NCBI GenBank assembly: GCA_963762145.1
Contig: CAVXJS010000021.1
Location: 384,001-448,000, forward strand
From: an uncultured Candidatus Rokubacteria bacterium
GTDB taxonomy: Bacteria; Methylomirabilota; Methylomirabilia; Rokubacteriales; CSP1-6
Direction: 5' to 3'
Length of the DNA stretch: 64,000 nt
The notes under the pieces were generated by a model. The model saw nothing but the letters and a program-made list of their open reading frames with translations. It ran no database searches and was not told the origin of the DNA. Within the stretch, counting starts at the first letter, position 1, and each line of letters starts with the position of its first letter. Below, piece by piece: positions 29,880-40,520 of this stretch. The translations under genes and the position numbers were made by a program.

Positions 29880-30119
29880 GCTGATGTACGAGCCCAGGGG
29901 CGGCAAGCTCGAGCTGGTGGGCGTGGAGTACATCGTCATCGCGGCGGCGTGGGATGCGGCGAACAAGACGCCGCCGACCTTGATGGGGCAGCTCTCCACT
30001 ACAACACCGCCCCGAACCGGTACGGCATCCCGGCGTTCTACGCGCTCCACGTGTGGGCCTGGCGGAGCAACCCGCATGGGGTCTTCGTGGACTGGAACCC
30101 GCAGGTGTCGTGCGAGTAG
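29880..30119 (+). pseudogene. C-terminal fragment of a conserved hypothetical protein
   Basis: LMYEPRGGKLELVGVEYIV, then after a frameshift HYNTAPNRYGIPAFYALHVWAWRSNPHGVFVDWNPQVSCE*. N-terminus missing. Confidence 0.6.
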
Positions 30120-30127
30120 CGCTCGGG

Positions 30128-30553
30128 CTAGCCAGGGCCGGGGCGCGTGAGTATCTCGATGGCGCGCGAGGCGTCGGCCGGCTGTAGCCCGCGCGCCGGA
30201 TGCGTCAGGACGAGCCGGGGGCGCAGCTCGCCCATGTCGCTATGGTCGTCGATGATCGCATAGCCGCCCACGGCGTGTTCCGCGAGCCAGGCGGCGATCT
30301 CATCTCCCCGGTCGGCGCCGGGCGCGCCGACCGGGGTCTTGTCGATGACGCGGCCGATGAACCCCTCCGCTTCCAGCATCTCCTGCAGCTCGGTGACGGA
30401 CTTGCCGTGCCGCCAGGTCGACGAGATGACGACATCGGCTCCCGCGCCCGCGACGATCTCGTTCAACACCCGGATGCACCCGGGATCCAGATCGCCGTAT
30501 CGGTCCCAGTGGCGGATCGGCGCCAGCACGCCGTCGAAATCGAGAAAGACCAC
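30128..30553 (-). CDS. HAD domain protein (HAD_SAK_2, Swiss-army-knife RNA-repair type)
   Basis: VFLDFDGVL, VVISSTWR, RGDEIAAWL, YAIIDD. Start is uncertain. Confidence 0.8.
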   Translation of the reverse strand: MVFLDFDGVLAPIRHWDRYGDLDPGCIRVLNEIVAGAGADVVISSTWRHGKSVTELQEMLEAEGFIGRVIDKTPVGAPGADRGDEIAAWLAEHAVGGYAIIDDHSDMGELRPRLVLTHPARGLQPADASRAIEILTRPGPG

Positions 30554-30570
30554 CCGTCGCGTCGTCAGGT

Positions 30571-31374
30571 CTACCTACCCTGCCTCCGTCTCCGCCATGC
30601 CGCCAGTCCCATCCCTGTCAACGTGCTGCCAAGAAGAACTAGGGTGGTGGGCTCTGGTACCGGATTCGGCGCCGGCGCGCCCGCCTCGGTGAAGAAGCTC
30701 TGTCCGTTTGCGCTCCCCAATCCCTGGCCAAGATAGTTGACAGGATTTGTCGCGGCGCCGGTGGCCGTGTTGACGGTGAAGACCTGGGTGCCCGCGACCG
30801 CGTAGAGGACACCGTCGTCACCCGTGGCCAATCCGAAGACATTGCCGACACCGAACGGCCCGACGGCCGCTGAGGTCGCGAGATTCGCCAGATTGATGAG
30901 AAAGAGCTGATTCGCGAGCGTGGCCAGGAACAGATCGCCTCCATTGAAGGCCAGATCGCCCCCGGAGGCGGCGGATATGCTCCCCAGGCTGGTGCTCGCT
31001 CCAGTCGCTGGGTTGATCGTGAACAGGGACGTCGATTGGAATCCAGCCGCGTACAGCGTTCCGTCAGCTGCAAAGACGAGCGCATTGCCACCCGGGACCG
31101 AATGATTCCCGATGAAGGTCGCGGCCGCGGTTGTGGGATTGATAGAATAGAAACCCGTGAAGGTGAGACCGAACAGCTGTCCGCTGGGGCTGAAGGCGAT
31201 ATCGGTCATCGTCACACCCATGTTGCCGATCACGGTGGCGTTGCCCGTGGCGACATCGACGGTCCCCAGATTGCCGGCGCTGTCGTCCACATGCATGACG
31301 GGCACCGCATGGGCGATGCTGGCACCTAGAGTCAGAGGTAATGCGATCCCAAGGATTCTGAGCATCTTGATCAT
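30571..31374 (-). CDS. PEP-CTERM sorting-signal surface protein with beta-propeller-like repeats
   Basis: Signal peptide ending AHA; repeats like TINPATGAST; C-terminus VPEPTT-LVLLGSTLTGMGLAAW-RRRR. Confidence 0.85.
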   Translation of the reverse strand: MIKMLRILGIALPLTLGASIAHAVPVMHVDDSAGNLGTVDVATGNATVIGNMGVTMTDIAFSPSGQLFGLTFTGFYSINPTTAAATFIGNHSVPGGNALVFAADGTLYAAGFQSTSLFTINPATGASTSLGSISAASGGDLAFNGGDLFLATLANQLFLINLANLATSAAVGPFGVGNVFGLATGDDGVLYAVAGTQVFTVNTATGAATNPVNYLGQGLGSANGQSFFTEAGAPAPNPVPEPTTLVLLGSTLTGMGLAAWRRRRQGR

Positions 31375-31453
31375 TGAGGTCTCCCTTCCCGGGGGGTTAT
31401 GCCACCGTAAATCTAAACCCTGGTTTCCCGGGTGCGGAAGCTTTTTGATCGCA

Positions 31454-32822
31454 TCAGCGGAACATAGGCTGCCCCTCGGGTCGTGTGCCCTCGACCGCGA
31501 ATAGCCGCCATGCCCCCGGCACCCCCTTGAGCTCATGCGCTCCCCGGTCCGTGAACTCCACCCCCGAGCCAACCACCAGGTCCTTCACGGTGCTGGACAC
31601 CAGAATCTCCCCCGCTACCGCGATCGCCGTCACGCGGTTGGCGATATGGATAGCAATGCCGCCGACACGGTGTCCCCCCTCACGCAACTCGATCTCCCCG
31701 GCATGCAGGCCGGCGCGGATGTCGATTCCGAGCGCGCGGATCGATTCCCGGATCTCCCTCGCCGCGTGGATGGCCCGTCCCGGGCGATCGAACGTGGCCA
31801 GGATTCCGTCGCCGGTTGATTCGATGAACCGTCCCTGGAAGCGGGTGATCTGGTCTCGAGCGATCTCGTCGTGTGTTTCGAGTACGGCCTTCCAGCGACG
31901 GTCGCCCATCGCGGCGGCCCGGTCGGTCGAGTTCACGATATCGGTGAACAACACCGTGGCAAGCACGCGATCGGGTACGGACCCGCCAGGAATGCGACCC
32001 AGGAACTCCTCGATACGGTCAAGGATCTCGCTGGCATGCTCGGTCACGAGGATCCCGTCCATCCCGGGCAGCTCGACGAGCCTCGCCCCCGGGATGTGCT
32101 CGGCAAGGTACCGAGCCTGATCCATGCTGACCATCCGGTATCCACTCCGGCTGAGGACGAGAGTCGGGCACTGGATCAGGGGCAACACATGTCGGACGTC
32201 TGCGGCGAGGAGATTGTGAAGCTGGGCCGCCGCGTCACGGGGTCGCGCGGCCGCCCGCAGATATCGCCCATAGCGTTGCCGAAATCCGGGGTCCTCACTG
32301 CGGCTCGGTGCGGCAATCGCCGCAAACCCTTCCGTGCCCCAGAGCTCCCCGACCATCGCGTAGGAGCTGCTCGGCGACATCGGGAGCAAAGCCCTCGGGG
32401 TAGTCGTCGGCGCGCACGTACCGCGCCGCGGTGTGTGCGAGCACGAGAGCCGCCGTCCGCTCGGGATAGGTGGCGGCGAACAACATGGCCATCGGCCCGC
32501 CATCGAACCAGGCCATGATGGCCGCGCTCTCCGAGCCGACGGCGTCCAGGACGACCCGCATGTCGTCGGCCCACTCTTCCCACGTAGGGAGATGGTCGAA
32601 CGGCACCGGGTCCGAGACACCCGTTCCGCGTCGATCGAACAGGATCACTCGGCTGAACGACGCCAGCCGGTGGAGGAAGTACTCGTTGAGCGGCTCTTCC
32701 CACCGAAGATCAATGTGAGAAGACATGCCGGTGAGGAAGACCAGGTCGACGGGGCCCTGCCCCAGGACCTGGTACCCGACCCGGTCATCTCCGACCTTGG
32801 CGAACCTCGTCGTCGGTCGCAC
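31454..32822 (-). CDS. Alpha/beta hydrolase-class III nucleotide cyclase fusion (LipJ/Rv1900c-like; frameshift near 32370)
   Basis: FDRRGTGVSD hydrolase domain; LATVLFTDIVNST, TGDG, RAGLHAGE, GGIAIHIANRV, ELKGVPGAW. Confidence 0.9.
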
Positions 32823-32872
32823 GGGGGGCCTGCCTCCTCCTGCACCCCCTACACTCTACTCTCTTCGGGAGC

Positions 32873-34924
32873 TCAGGCGCGCCAGTCGACGGTGACGACC
32901 TCCACCGGCTCGTTGAGCCCGGCGAGACGGACGGTGCGCGCAGCCGACCGCGAAACCGCCGTCGTGTCGCCGAGCGTGCTCACGCTGGCCAGGATCTCGT
33001 CGCCCACGGCGACCGCCGCGATCCGCGCGGCCGCGTGGACCCCCTTGCCCTCGAAGCCTTCCTCCCGGCGGGTCGCCAGCGCGGCGTGGAGCCCGATCCG
33101 AACCTTTGGCGCGAACCCGTGGCTCCGACGATGCTCCGCAAGCGTTCGCTGAATCGCGACTGCACAGGCAACGGCGCTGTCGGGCGTGGCAAACGCCACG
33201 AAGAACCCGTCTCCCGCGTGGTCCACCTCCTCGCCGCCGTGCCGGGTGATCAGCGAGCGCAGGGTGCGATCGTGCCACGCGCGGAGATCCGTCCATGCCT
33301 CATCGCCGATTGCCTCGATGAGGCCCGTCGATCCCACGATGTCCGTGAACATGAACGTCCGGGTGACGCGCTCCAGGGCCTCTCCACTATTCGCGCGGAG
33401 TGGGTCGAGGCGCGCCCGAGCGCGGCGCAGATCCAGCTGGGCTCCGAGTCGCTCGAAGACGCTCCGCGCCGTCTCGAGCTCGAGGCAGGAGGCCTCGGCG
33501 TCCCCGGCGCCCTCGTACGCCGACGCGAGGGTCAGCCGCGTCCGCGCCGCCTCGTACGGACAGTTGGCGTCTTGCCAGAGGTGGGCGGCTCGCCGGAGCT
33601 CCACGGCCGCCGCCCCCGCGTCGCCGCGCGCGAGCGTCACGACTCCGCGCGCCTGGGCGGCACTCGCCTCCAGCGCCGCGGTTCCATAGGCACGGGCGAT
33701 CGTTCCGAGCTCCTCGGCGGCGGTCACGGCGCCGGTGAGGTCGTCGGCCGCCACCGCGATCTCCACCCAGGCCGGCAAGAGGCGAGCCCGGTGCGGGGGA
33801 TCGAGCGACGGATCGTCGAGAGCGCGGCGAATGGCGGTGAGCGCAGCGCCCGGCTTGCCTTCCGCCAGGTACAGCAGCGACTGGCCCGGCTCCGGCTCTC
33901 GTCCGAGCTCGCGGGTCTGCCGGAACGCCTCCGCGGCGCCCGTGAGGTCCCCCTCGCGTAGCCGGATCGTGCCGAGCTCCTCGACCGCGGCGGCGTAGTA
34001 GCGCGCGTTGAATTCACGGAGCTCCTCGCCCGCCTGCTTCGCCTCGTCCGCCGCCTCGATCCACGAACCGCGCAGCCGGAGGATGCCCGCCCGGTGGACG
34101 CGGCACATCCCGGGAAATCCGGCGATGGCCTGGCGGTCGCACCAGCGCTTGGCGCCCTCGGTCCACTCGCGCGCGCGGACGTAGTCGCCCACGCTGACGC
34201 AGGTGTCGATCGTATTGCAGTAGATCACCGCGGTGGCGAATGGATTCAGCTCGCCGGAGACCGCCGCGACGGTGGCTTCATCCATCAAGGCGTGACCGGC
34301 GGCGACGTCGCCGAGAGAGACCATGATCCGTCCCTGGTCGTGGAGGGCGATCGCCATCAGATCGCGGTCTCCGAATGTCGTCGCGAGATCGAGGGCTCGG
34401 CGGGCGTATTCCAGCGCCGCTCGGTTGTCGTGACGCGCCTCGAAGGCGACGACGGTCTGCATGCGGGCCAGGTAGCCCTCCTCGAGGCACGGCGACTGGT
34501 CCCGGAGGAGCCGCTCCGCACGGCCGAGCCACGCGGCGCCGACACTGACATCGCCCTTGCTGTAGTAGTTGCGGGCCAGCTCGATGGCGAGCTGGGCGGC
34601 GGCCCGGGGAGCATCGACCACCCGCGCGGCGTACGCCTGCTCCCGCGCGCCGATCGCTTCAGCGAGGTGACCCGTCCACCACGCCGCCTCACCCAGGCGC
34701 TCGAGATCGGACGGCTCGAGTCGCCCCGTCGTGCCGGCGTCGCGCAGCGCCTCGTACGCCTCGCGCCAGGCGTAGCGGGCGTGCGCGTCGCGGCCGCGGT
34801 TGCGCTGCTGGTCCTCCGGCGACGTGCCGGGAAGGCGGTCCTCGGGTGAGTCCAGAGCGGCCTCCCATGGGTGGACGAGGGGGCTGTTCGGCTTCCGCGG
34901 CCATTCTGCCATAACCTCCGGCAT
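32873..34924 (-). CDS. TPR-like sensor fused to a class III nucleotide cyclase domain
   Basis: Helical repeat region homologous to the LuxR regulator at 36220-37858; C-terminus FMFTDIVGST, AGDGFF, RIGLH, GVHAAARI. Confidence 0.85.
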   Translation of the reverse strand: MPEVMAEWPRKPNSPLVHPWEAALDSPEDRLPGTSPEDQQRNRGRDAHARYAWREAYEALRDAGTTGRLEPSDLERLGEAAWWTGHLAEAIGAREQAYAARVVDAPRAAAQLAIELARNYYSKGDVSVGAAWLGRAERLLRDQSPCLEEGYLARMQTVVAFEARHDNRAALEYARRALDLATTFGDRDLMAIALHDQGRIMVSLGDVAAGHALMDEATVAAVSGELNPFATAVIYCNTIDTCVSVGDYVRAREWTEGAKRWCDRQAIAGFPGMCRVHRAGILRLRGSWIEAADEAKQAGEELREFNARYYAAAVEELGTIRLREGDLTGAAEAFRQTRELGREPEPGQSLLYLAEGKPGAALTAIRRALDDPSLDPPHRARLLPAWVEIAVAADDLTGAVTAAEELGTIARAYGTAALEASAAQARGVVTLARGDAGAAAVELRRAAHLWQDANCPYEAARTRLTLASAYEGAGDAEASCLELETARSVFERLGAQLDLRRARARLDPLRANSGEALERVTRTFMFTDIVGSTGLIEAIGDEAWTDLRAWHDRTLRSLITRHGGEEVDHAGDGFFVAFATPDSAVACAVAIQRTLAEHRRSHGFAPKVRIGLHAALATRREEGFEGKGVHAAARIAAVAVGDEILASVSTLGDTTAVSRSAARTVRLAGLNEPVEVVTVDWRA

Positions 34925-34928
34925 CTGC

Positions 34929-36092
34929 TCAGAACACGGTCAGGTCGGCCTCGGCGCCCGCGAGCACGGCCCCCGCGGTGGTGAACGTGTCGAGCTTCAC
35001 CAGGAAATGCTGCGTGATCGCGTTGACGTCGCGGAAGCGGCGCTGGAGCGGGTTGGCGGCGTAGATCGAGCTCCCACCCCCCGCGTGGTAGGCCATGTCC
35101 ACGACCGCGGCCGCGGTCGTCGCCGCCCAGGTGATCGCCGAGCGCATCCGGGCCCGGTGCTCGGGCGTGAACTCCGCGCCGGCCACCGCCGTCCCCCACG
35201 CGGCCGCGGCGTCGGCGTACAGCAGTCCGCGGGCCGCGCGGAGCTTCGCGTCGGCGGCGCCGAGCTGGTTCTGGAACAGCGGGTTCGTGGCCAGCGAGGT
35301 GTGGGCGAGCAAGGGCACCTTGGTGGCGCAGAGGGTCAGGATGTCCTCCAGCGCGCCCTGCGCGATGCCGACCGCGACGCTGGCAACCCCGAAGGCGAAG
35401 ATCGGCGGCATGGGCATCCGCAGCAGCGGCTCGTCCAGGCACGGCGGATCCGCGAAGGGCAGGCACGTCCGCTCGGCCCGGACGAGCACGTTGTCGGCAG
35501 ACAGATGATGGCTGCCGGTGCCGCACAGACCCGAGACCGACCAGGTGTCCTCGATCTTGATCTGGTCGGGTGAGAACAGCACCGTGCGCAGCTGGGGGGT
35601 ACCGCCGTTGTCCTCCATGCAGTTGCCGAACAGCCAGTGGCTGTCCTCGCACCCACTGGCGAACGCCCACCGGCCGCTCACCCGGTATCCCCCTTTCTCG
35701 GGCACGGCCGTCCCGGACGGACTGAAGACGCCGCCGATGATGACGTCGGGCCCCTTGGCGTAGAGGGCGTCGAACGTCGCGCTGGGAAGGGTGCCCAGAT
35801 TGATCCATCCGCCCGCCAGGTTCATCGTCGTCCAGGCCACCGACGCGTCCGCCCGGCTCAGCTCCTCGATCACGCTCATCGCGGTCGCCAGGTCGAAGCC
35901 CTCGCCACCGTGGCTGCGGGGCACCAGCATGCGGAAGCAGCCGGCCGCGGTCAGATCCCGGATGAGGTCGCGCGGCAACCGCCGCGCCGACTCGATCTCG
36001 GCGGCGCGGGCGGTGATCCTCGGAGCCAGGCTGCGGACGGCATCGAGTACCGACGGGTTTCGGGTCAGCTTTGGATCGGTGGCAGTCGCCAT
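34929..36092 (-). CDS. Acyl-CoA dehydrogenase-fold flavin-dependent hydroxylase (HsaA-like)
   Basis: GYRVSGRWAFASGC, DTWSVSGLCGTGSH, LQRRFRD; AAAGGAG RBS. Confidence 0.85.
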   Translation of the reverse strand: MATATDPKLTRNPSVLDAVRSLAPRITARAAEIESARRLPRDLIRDLTAAGCFRMLVPRSHGGEGFDLATAMSVIEELSRADASVAWTTMNLAGGWINLGTLPSATFDALYAKGPDVIIGGVFSPSGTAVPEKGGYRVSGRWAFASGCEDSHWLFGNCMEDNGGTPQLRTVLFSPDQIKIEDTWSVSGLCGTGSHHLSADNVLVRAERTCLPFADPPCLDEPLLRMPMPPIFAFGVASVAVGIAQGALEDILTLCATKVPLLAHTSLATNPLFQNQLGAADAKLRAARGLLYADAAAAWGTAVAGAEFTPEHRARMRSAITWAATTAAAVVDMAYHAGGGSSIYAANPLQRRFRDVNAITQHFLVKLDTFTTAGAVLAGAEADLTVF

Positions 36093-36157
36093 GGTGGGTC
36101 TCCTTTCAGGTTTGATCCTTCAGGAGACAGCGTAGGCAGCGGTCGCCGAGGCCCGCA

Positions 36158-36213
36158 TCGCCCGTTCGAGCCAAATTGCGGCGCCCGGGGGCGTGGTACG
36201 TTCGTACCACGCC
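36158..36213. promoter_or_regulatory. Pair of related operator-like sites
   Basis: GGCGTGGTACG-TT-CGTACCACGCC (36190-36213) plus a degenerate copy TCGCCCGTTCGAGCCA (36158-36173) upstream of the hydroxylase. Confidence 0.5.
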
Positions 36214-36219
36214 GGCGGG

Positions 36220-37858
36220 TCAGACCAGGTCGCGCTGGAACGCGAACGCGGTCGCGCCGGCGCGCGACGACACCCCGATCTTGTTGAAGATGTTCTGCAG
36301 GTGCCGGCGGATCGTGTGGTCGCTGAGGACCAATGTCTTCGCGATCTCCCGGTTGGTCTTGCCGGCCGCGACGAGGCGAAGCACCTCGACTTCTCGAGCG
36401 GTCAATCCGCCCGGGGTGCGGTCGGCCCCCGCGCGAGACAGCGCCTCCACCCGGGCCACGTCCGGAGCGGCGCCGAGCTGCTGGAAGACCCAGCGCGCCG
36501 TGTCGAGCTCCATCTCCGCGGTGTCGTCGTCACCGAGCGCCCGGCAGGCGAGCGCGATGAGCACCCGGACCCGCGCGGCCTCGTAGGGCGCCTCGATACC
36601 CTGCCAGGCCGCCCAGGCGCCGCGCAGCGCGGTGAGCGCCGCCCGGCCGTCGCCCTCGGCGAGGAGGGCGGCTCCCGTGGCGTGCGCCGCCATCGCGCGC
36701 AGCAGCGGCGCCTCGAGCTGCGCGGCGATCCCGGCCAGCTCGTCGGCGCCCGCTCGGGCCGCCCGCACGTCGTTCGCGGCCAGCATGATCTCGACGTACG
36801 CGGCCAGGAGCTTGGATCGCGTGGCCTGATCGCCGGCCTCGTCGATCACCCGGCGGATCGCCGCCGCGGCCGCCTCGGTCTTGCCCTGCGCCAGCCGTAG
36901 CTGGGCGAGGCCGGGCTGGGACTCGCGCCCCGACTGGCTGGCCTCGCGGTAGGCCTCCTCGGCCTGCGCGAACTCGCCGCGCAGCCGGTGGAGCTCGGCC
37001 TGGAGATACAAGGCCCCGCCGACCCACATCCGTCCGACGGTCTGCGGGAGCCGTTCGCACGCCTGCCGGGCCTCGCGCATGGCGTCCGGCCAGGCCCCCT
37101 GCAGCTGCATGATCTCGGCGCGATGCACCAGGCACTGGCCGCGATAGGGCACGAGGTCCGGCTGCGACGCGCACCACTGGCCGAAGCGCCTTCGTCCACT
37201 CCTTGGCCCGGCGCAGGTCGAAGATCTCCTGGCATTCGCCGATCACGGCGCAGTAGATGATCCCGACCCCGATCGGCGACACCTCACCGGTGGTGACGGC
37301 GATCATGACCTCGTCGAACAGCGCCACGCCTTCCGCGGTCCGTCCCGCCCTGATGAGGGCCTCGCCGATGCCGATGCGACCGAACGCCATGAGCTGCGGA
37401 TCGCCGAAGCGCTCGCCGATCCGCGCCGCCTGATCGAACGTGGCGTGCAGCGGCGCATTGTCGCCTTCCCACATGCACCGGATCGCCTGGAGCTCGAGCA
37501 GGTACCCCCGCTCCACGCAGTCGTGCCGGCCATCGTCGAGCAGCCGCTGGCCCCGGGCGAGCCAGCCGCCGCTGCGCGCCCGCTCGCCCTCGAGCAGCGA
37601 GGTGAAGCCGAGCCAGAACGCGCACCGTGCCGCCGCCGGGGCCGCGCCCTGACCCAGGAACGCGTGATGCGCCCGCGTCCAGGCGTCGGCGGCCTCCGCG
37701 TCCCGGCCGACCAGGTGCGACGCGATCGCGAGCCGCTCGAGGTCTTCGGGCTCGAGCGCCGCCTCGCGATCCGCGGCCGTGAGCTGTGCATGGGCGTCGC
37801 CCCAGGCCCGCCGCCCGAACGCCGCCTGGCCCCGGTCGAGCGAGCCGGCCGCCGTCAT
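36220..37858 (-). CDS. TPR-like sensor + LuxR HTH transcriptional regulator (frameshift near 37180)
   Basis: C-terminus [50 protein letters not shown]; ATGA overlap with the upstream gene. Confidence 0.88.
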
Positions 37859-38430
37859 GGCGCGCGCCACAGGAAGATGTGGTTACGGGTGTCGCGGACG
37901 TCGAGCGTGACCGTCCGCTCGGGCACCCAGTCGCCGATGCCGTAGCGGTGGGACACGATTCGGCTGCCGGGCACGAGCTGGCTCGTGAGCTTCGGCCGCA
38001 GCCGCGCATTCAGCTCCGGCGAGAGGAAGAGCGTGACCACCGTCGCGTTTCGGATATCGGTATCGAAGATGTCCTCGACGCGGAACGTCACGCGGTCCGC
38101 GACCCCGGCGCGGACGGCGTTCGCCTGGGCCTCCCGGATGCGCTGGGGATCGAGGTCCACTCCTACCCCGCGCGCGCCGAGCTCCCTGGCCGCCGCGATG
38201 ACGATCCGCCCGTCGCCGCAGCCGAGGTCGTAGACGACGTCGTCGCGCGTGACGCCGGCCAGCGTGAGCATGGCGTGCACGATCTCGAGGTCGGTCGCGA
38301 CGAAGATCACGTCGAGCTTGACGGGGGCCGCGGGCGCGCCGACTCCGGCCGGAGGCGCTCCCGTGGCGCACCCGGCCAGCATGGCCGCCGTCAAGGCGGG
38401 CCCGAGCAGGCGAATCGTTCGCCGGTTCAT
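37855..38430 (-). CDS. SAM-dependent methyltransferase with a predicted lipoprotein signal
   Basis: VYDLGCGDGRIVI motif I; N-terminal lipobox LAGC. Confidence 0.85.
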   Translation of the reverse strand: MNRRTIRLLGPALTAAMLAGCATGAPPAGVGAPAAPVKLDVIFVATDLEIVHAMLTLAGVTRDDVVYDLGCGDGRIVIAAARELGARGVGVDLDPQRIREAQANAVRAGVADRVTFRVEDIFDTDIRNATVVTLFLSPELNARLRPKLTSQLVPGSRIVSHRYGIGDWVPERTVTLDVRDTRNHIFLWRAP

Positions 38431-38464
38431 GACAGGAGTGTACGCGGCTGAGGAAGGGAACGCA

Positions 38465-38500
38465 GCCGAGGCCGGAGCGACCCCGCGCTCCGGCCTCGGC
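38465..38500 (-). terminator. Putative intrinsic terminator of the Liv-type operon
   Basis: 15-bp stem gccgaggccggagcg / cgctccggcctcggc, about 20 nt after the binding-protein stop. Confidence 0.6.
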
Positions 38501-38520
38501 GTGGAACACGTGACTCCGAG

Positions 38521-39780
38521 CTAGGACTTCGGCCAGACCGCCTTCGAGATCGCGATGCTCTCGGGGTGCACCGCCGTCGGGCGGCCCTTCTGCCACTGCA
38601 CGATGCACAGCTCGGCGCCGACCCGGCGGCCGTTCTCCTCGAACTTGACCCGGCCGTCGGGGAAGAACTTGGCGGGGCCGTCCTTCAGGTCGATCTTGCG
38701 CAGCATCTCGCCCAGCTTCTTGCGGTCGACGGACGCGGTCCGCTCCAGCGCCTCCTTGTAGATCAAGATGTGCGCGTAGGGGAAGATCGAGTCGTGGCCG
38801 AACCACGGCTCGCCGGTCTTGGCGATGAAGCGCTGCTCGACGTCGGCCACCGCCTTGCCCGGCCAGTTGGCCAGCCCCACGATCATCCCCTCCAGGTGCT
38901 CCTTGCCGGCCACCTTCATCAGCTCGGGCACGGTCCAGTGGCCGCCGCCGCCGATCAGCGGGACGGTCGAGGGCGTGATCCCCCGCTCCGCGAACTTGTC
39001 GATCAGCAGCTTGTCGTCGCCCACGTTGGTGGACTGGAACACGATGAAGTCGGGCCGGCCCGACCGGATCTTCTGCACCATCGTCGTCGCATCCGCGAGT
39101 GGCGGGGTGTAGACCTCGTCCGCCACGATCGTGAGGCCCAGGTCCTTCGCCACGTGCTCCCGGATGGGCTTCATGAAGCTCACCGAGGAGGCGGAGTTGT
39201 CGCCGACGAACGCCACCTTCGTCGGCTTCGCCCCCGTCGCGGCCTTCGCCAGGTCGAGGACCCGCGGCAGCAGCGCGGTGGCCTGGGCCTCGGCGGTCGG
39301 CGACGTCTGGAAGACGTACTTGAAGCCGCGACTGGTGATCAGGTCGGAGTAGGACAGGGTCATCCACGGCAGCTCCGCGCGCTCCGACACCTCGGTGGCC
39401 GCGAGCGTGAAGCTCGACAGCCAGCAGCCGATGCCGCCCACCACGTCCGGCTCCTGCGCGACCAGGCGCTGCGCGGCGTTCTTGGCCTTCTCCGCGGTGT
39501 CGCCGGTGTCGTACAGCACGAGCTTCAGCTTGGCGCCGCCGAGCGCCTTGATGCCGCCGGCCTTGTTGACGTCCTCGATGGCCATCTCCGCGCCCATCTG
39601 CTCGAGGATGCCCTGGCGCGCCCAGGGCCCGGACAGCGGGACTACCAGGGCGATTTTTACTTCCTTCGGCGCCTGCGCGCGCGCCCGGCGCACCGGCAGC
39701 GCGGCGGCGGCGGTGGCGGCGAGGCCCATCTTGATGGCGGTCCGGCGTCCGAACGCTCCAGGAGTCGTCATGCTGGTCAT
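38521..39780 (-). CDS. Branched-chain amino acid-type ABC substrate-binding protein (Tat signal)
   Basis: GRRTAIK..RARA; VKIALVVPLSGPWA; DVNKAGGIKALGGAKL. Confidence 0.88.
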   Translation of the reverse strand: MTSMTTPGAFGRRTAIKMGLAATAAAALPVRRARAQAPKEVKIALVVPLSGPWARQGILEQMGAEMAIEDVNKAGGIKALGGAKLKLVLYDTGDTAEKAKNAAQRLVAQEPDVVGGIGCWLSSFTLAATEVSERAELPWMTLSYSDLITSRGFKYVFQTSPTAEAQATALLPRVLDLAKAATGAKPTKVAFVGDNSASSVSFMKPIREHVAKDLGLTIVADEVYTPPLADATTMVQKIRSGRPDFIVFQSTNVGDDKLLIDKFAERGITPSTVPLIGGGGHWTVPELMKVAGKEHLEGMIVGLANWPGKAVADVEQRFIAKTGEPWFGHDSIFPYAHILIYKEALERTASVDRKKLGEMLRKIDLKDGPAKFFPDGRVKFEENGRRVGAELCIVQWQKGRPTAVHPESIAISKAVWPKS

Positions 39781-39801
39781 CTCCCTCGTTGGTGATGTGG
39801 T

Positions 39802-40513
<712 letters not shown>

Positions 40514-40520
<7 letters not shown>

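Noticed and set aside
30554-30598. In-frame ATG..TAG upstream of the HAD gene suggesting amber read-through
   Set aside because: The ATG lies inside the PEP-CTERM tail codons (GCA TGG), has no RBS, and no pyl genes are visible. It is probably coincidental.
31389-31404. Sigma54 promoter for the PEP-CTERM gene (TGGCAT on the minus strand)
   Set aside because: The required GC at -12 is absent (the sequence reads CG).
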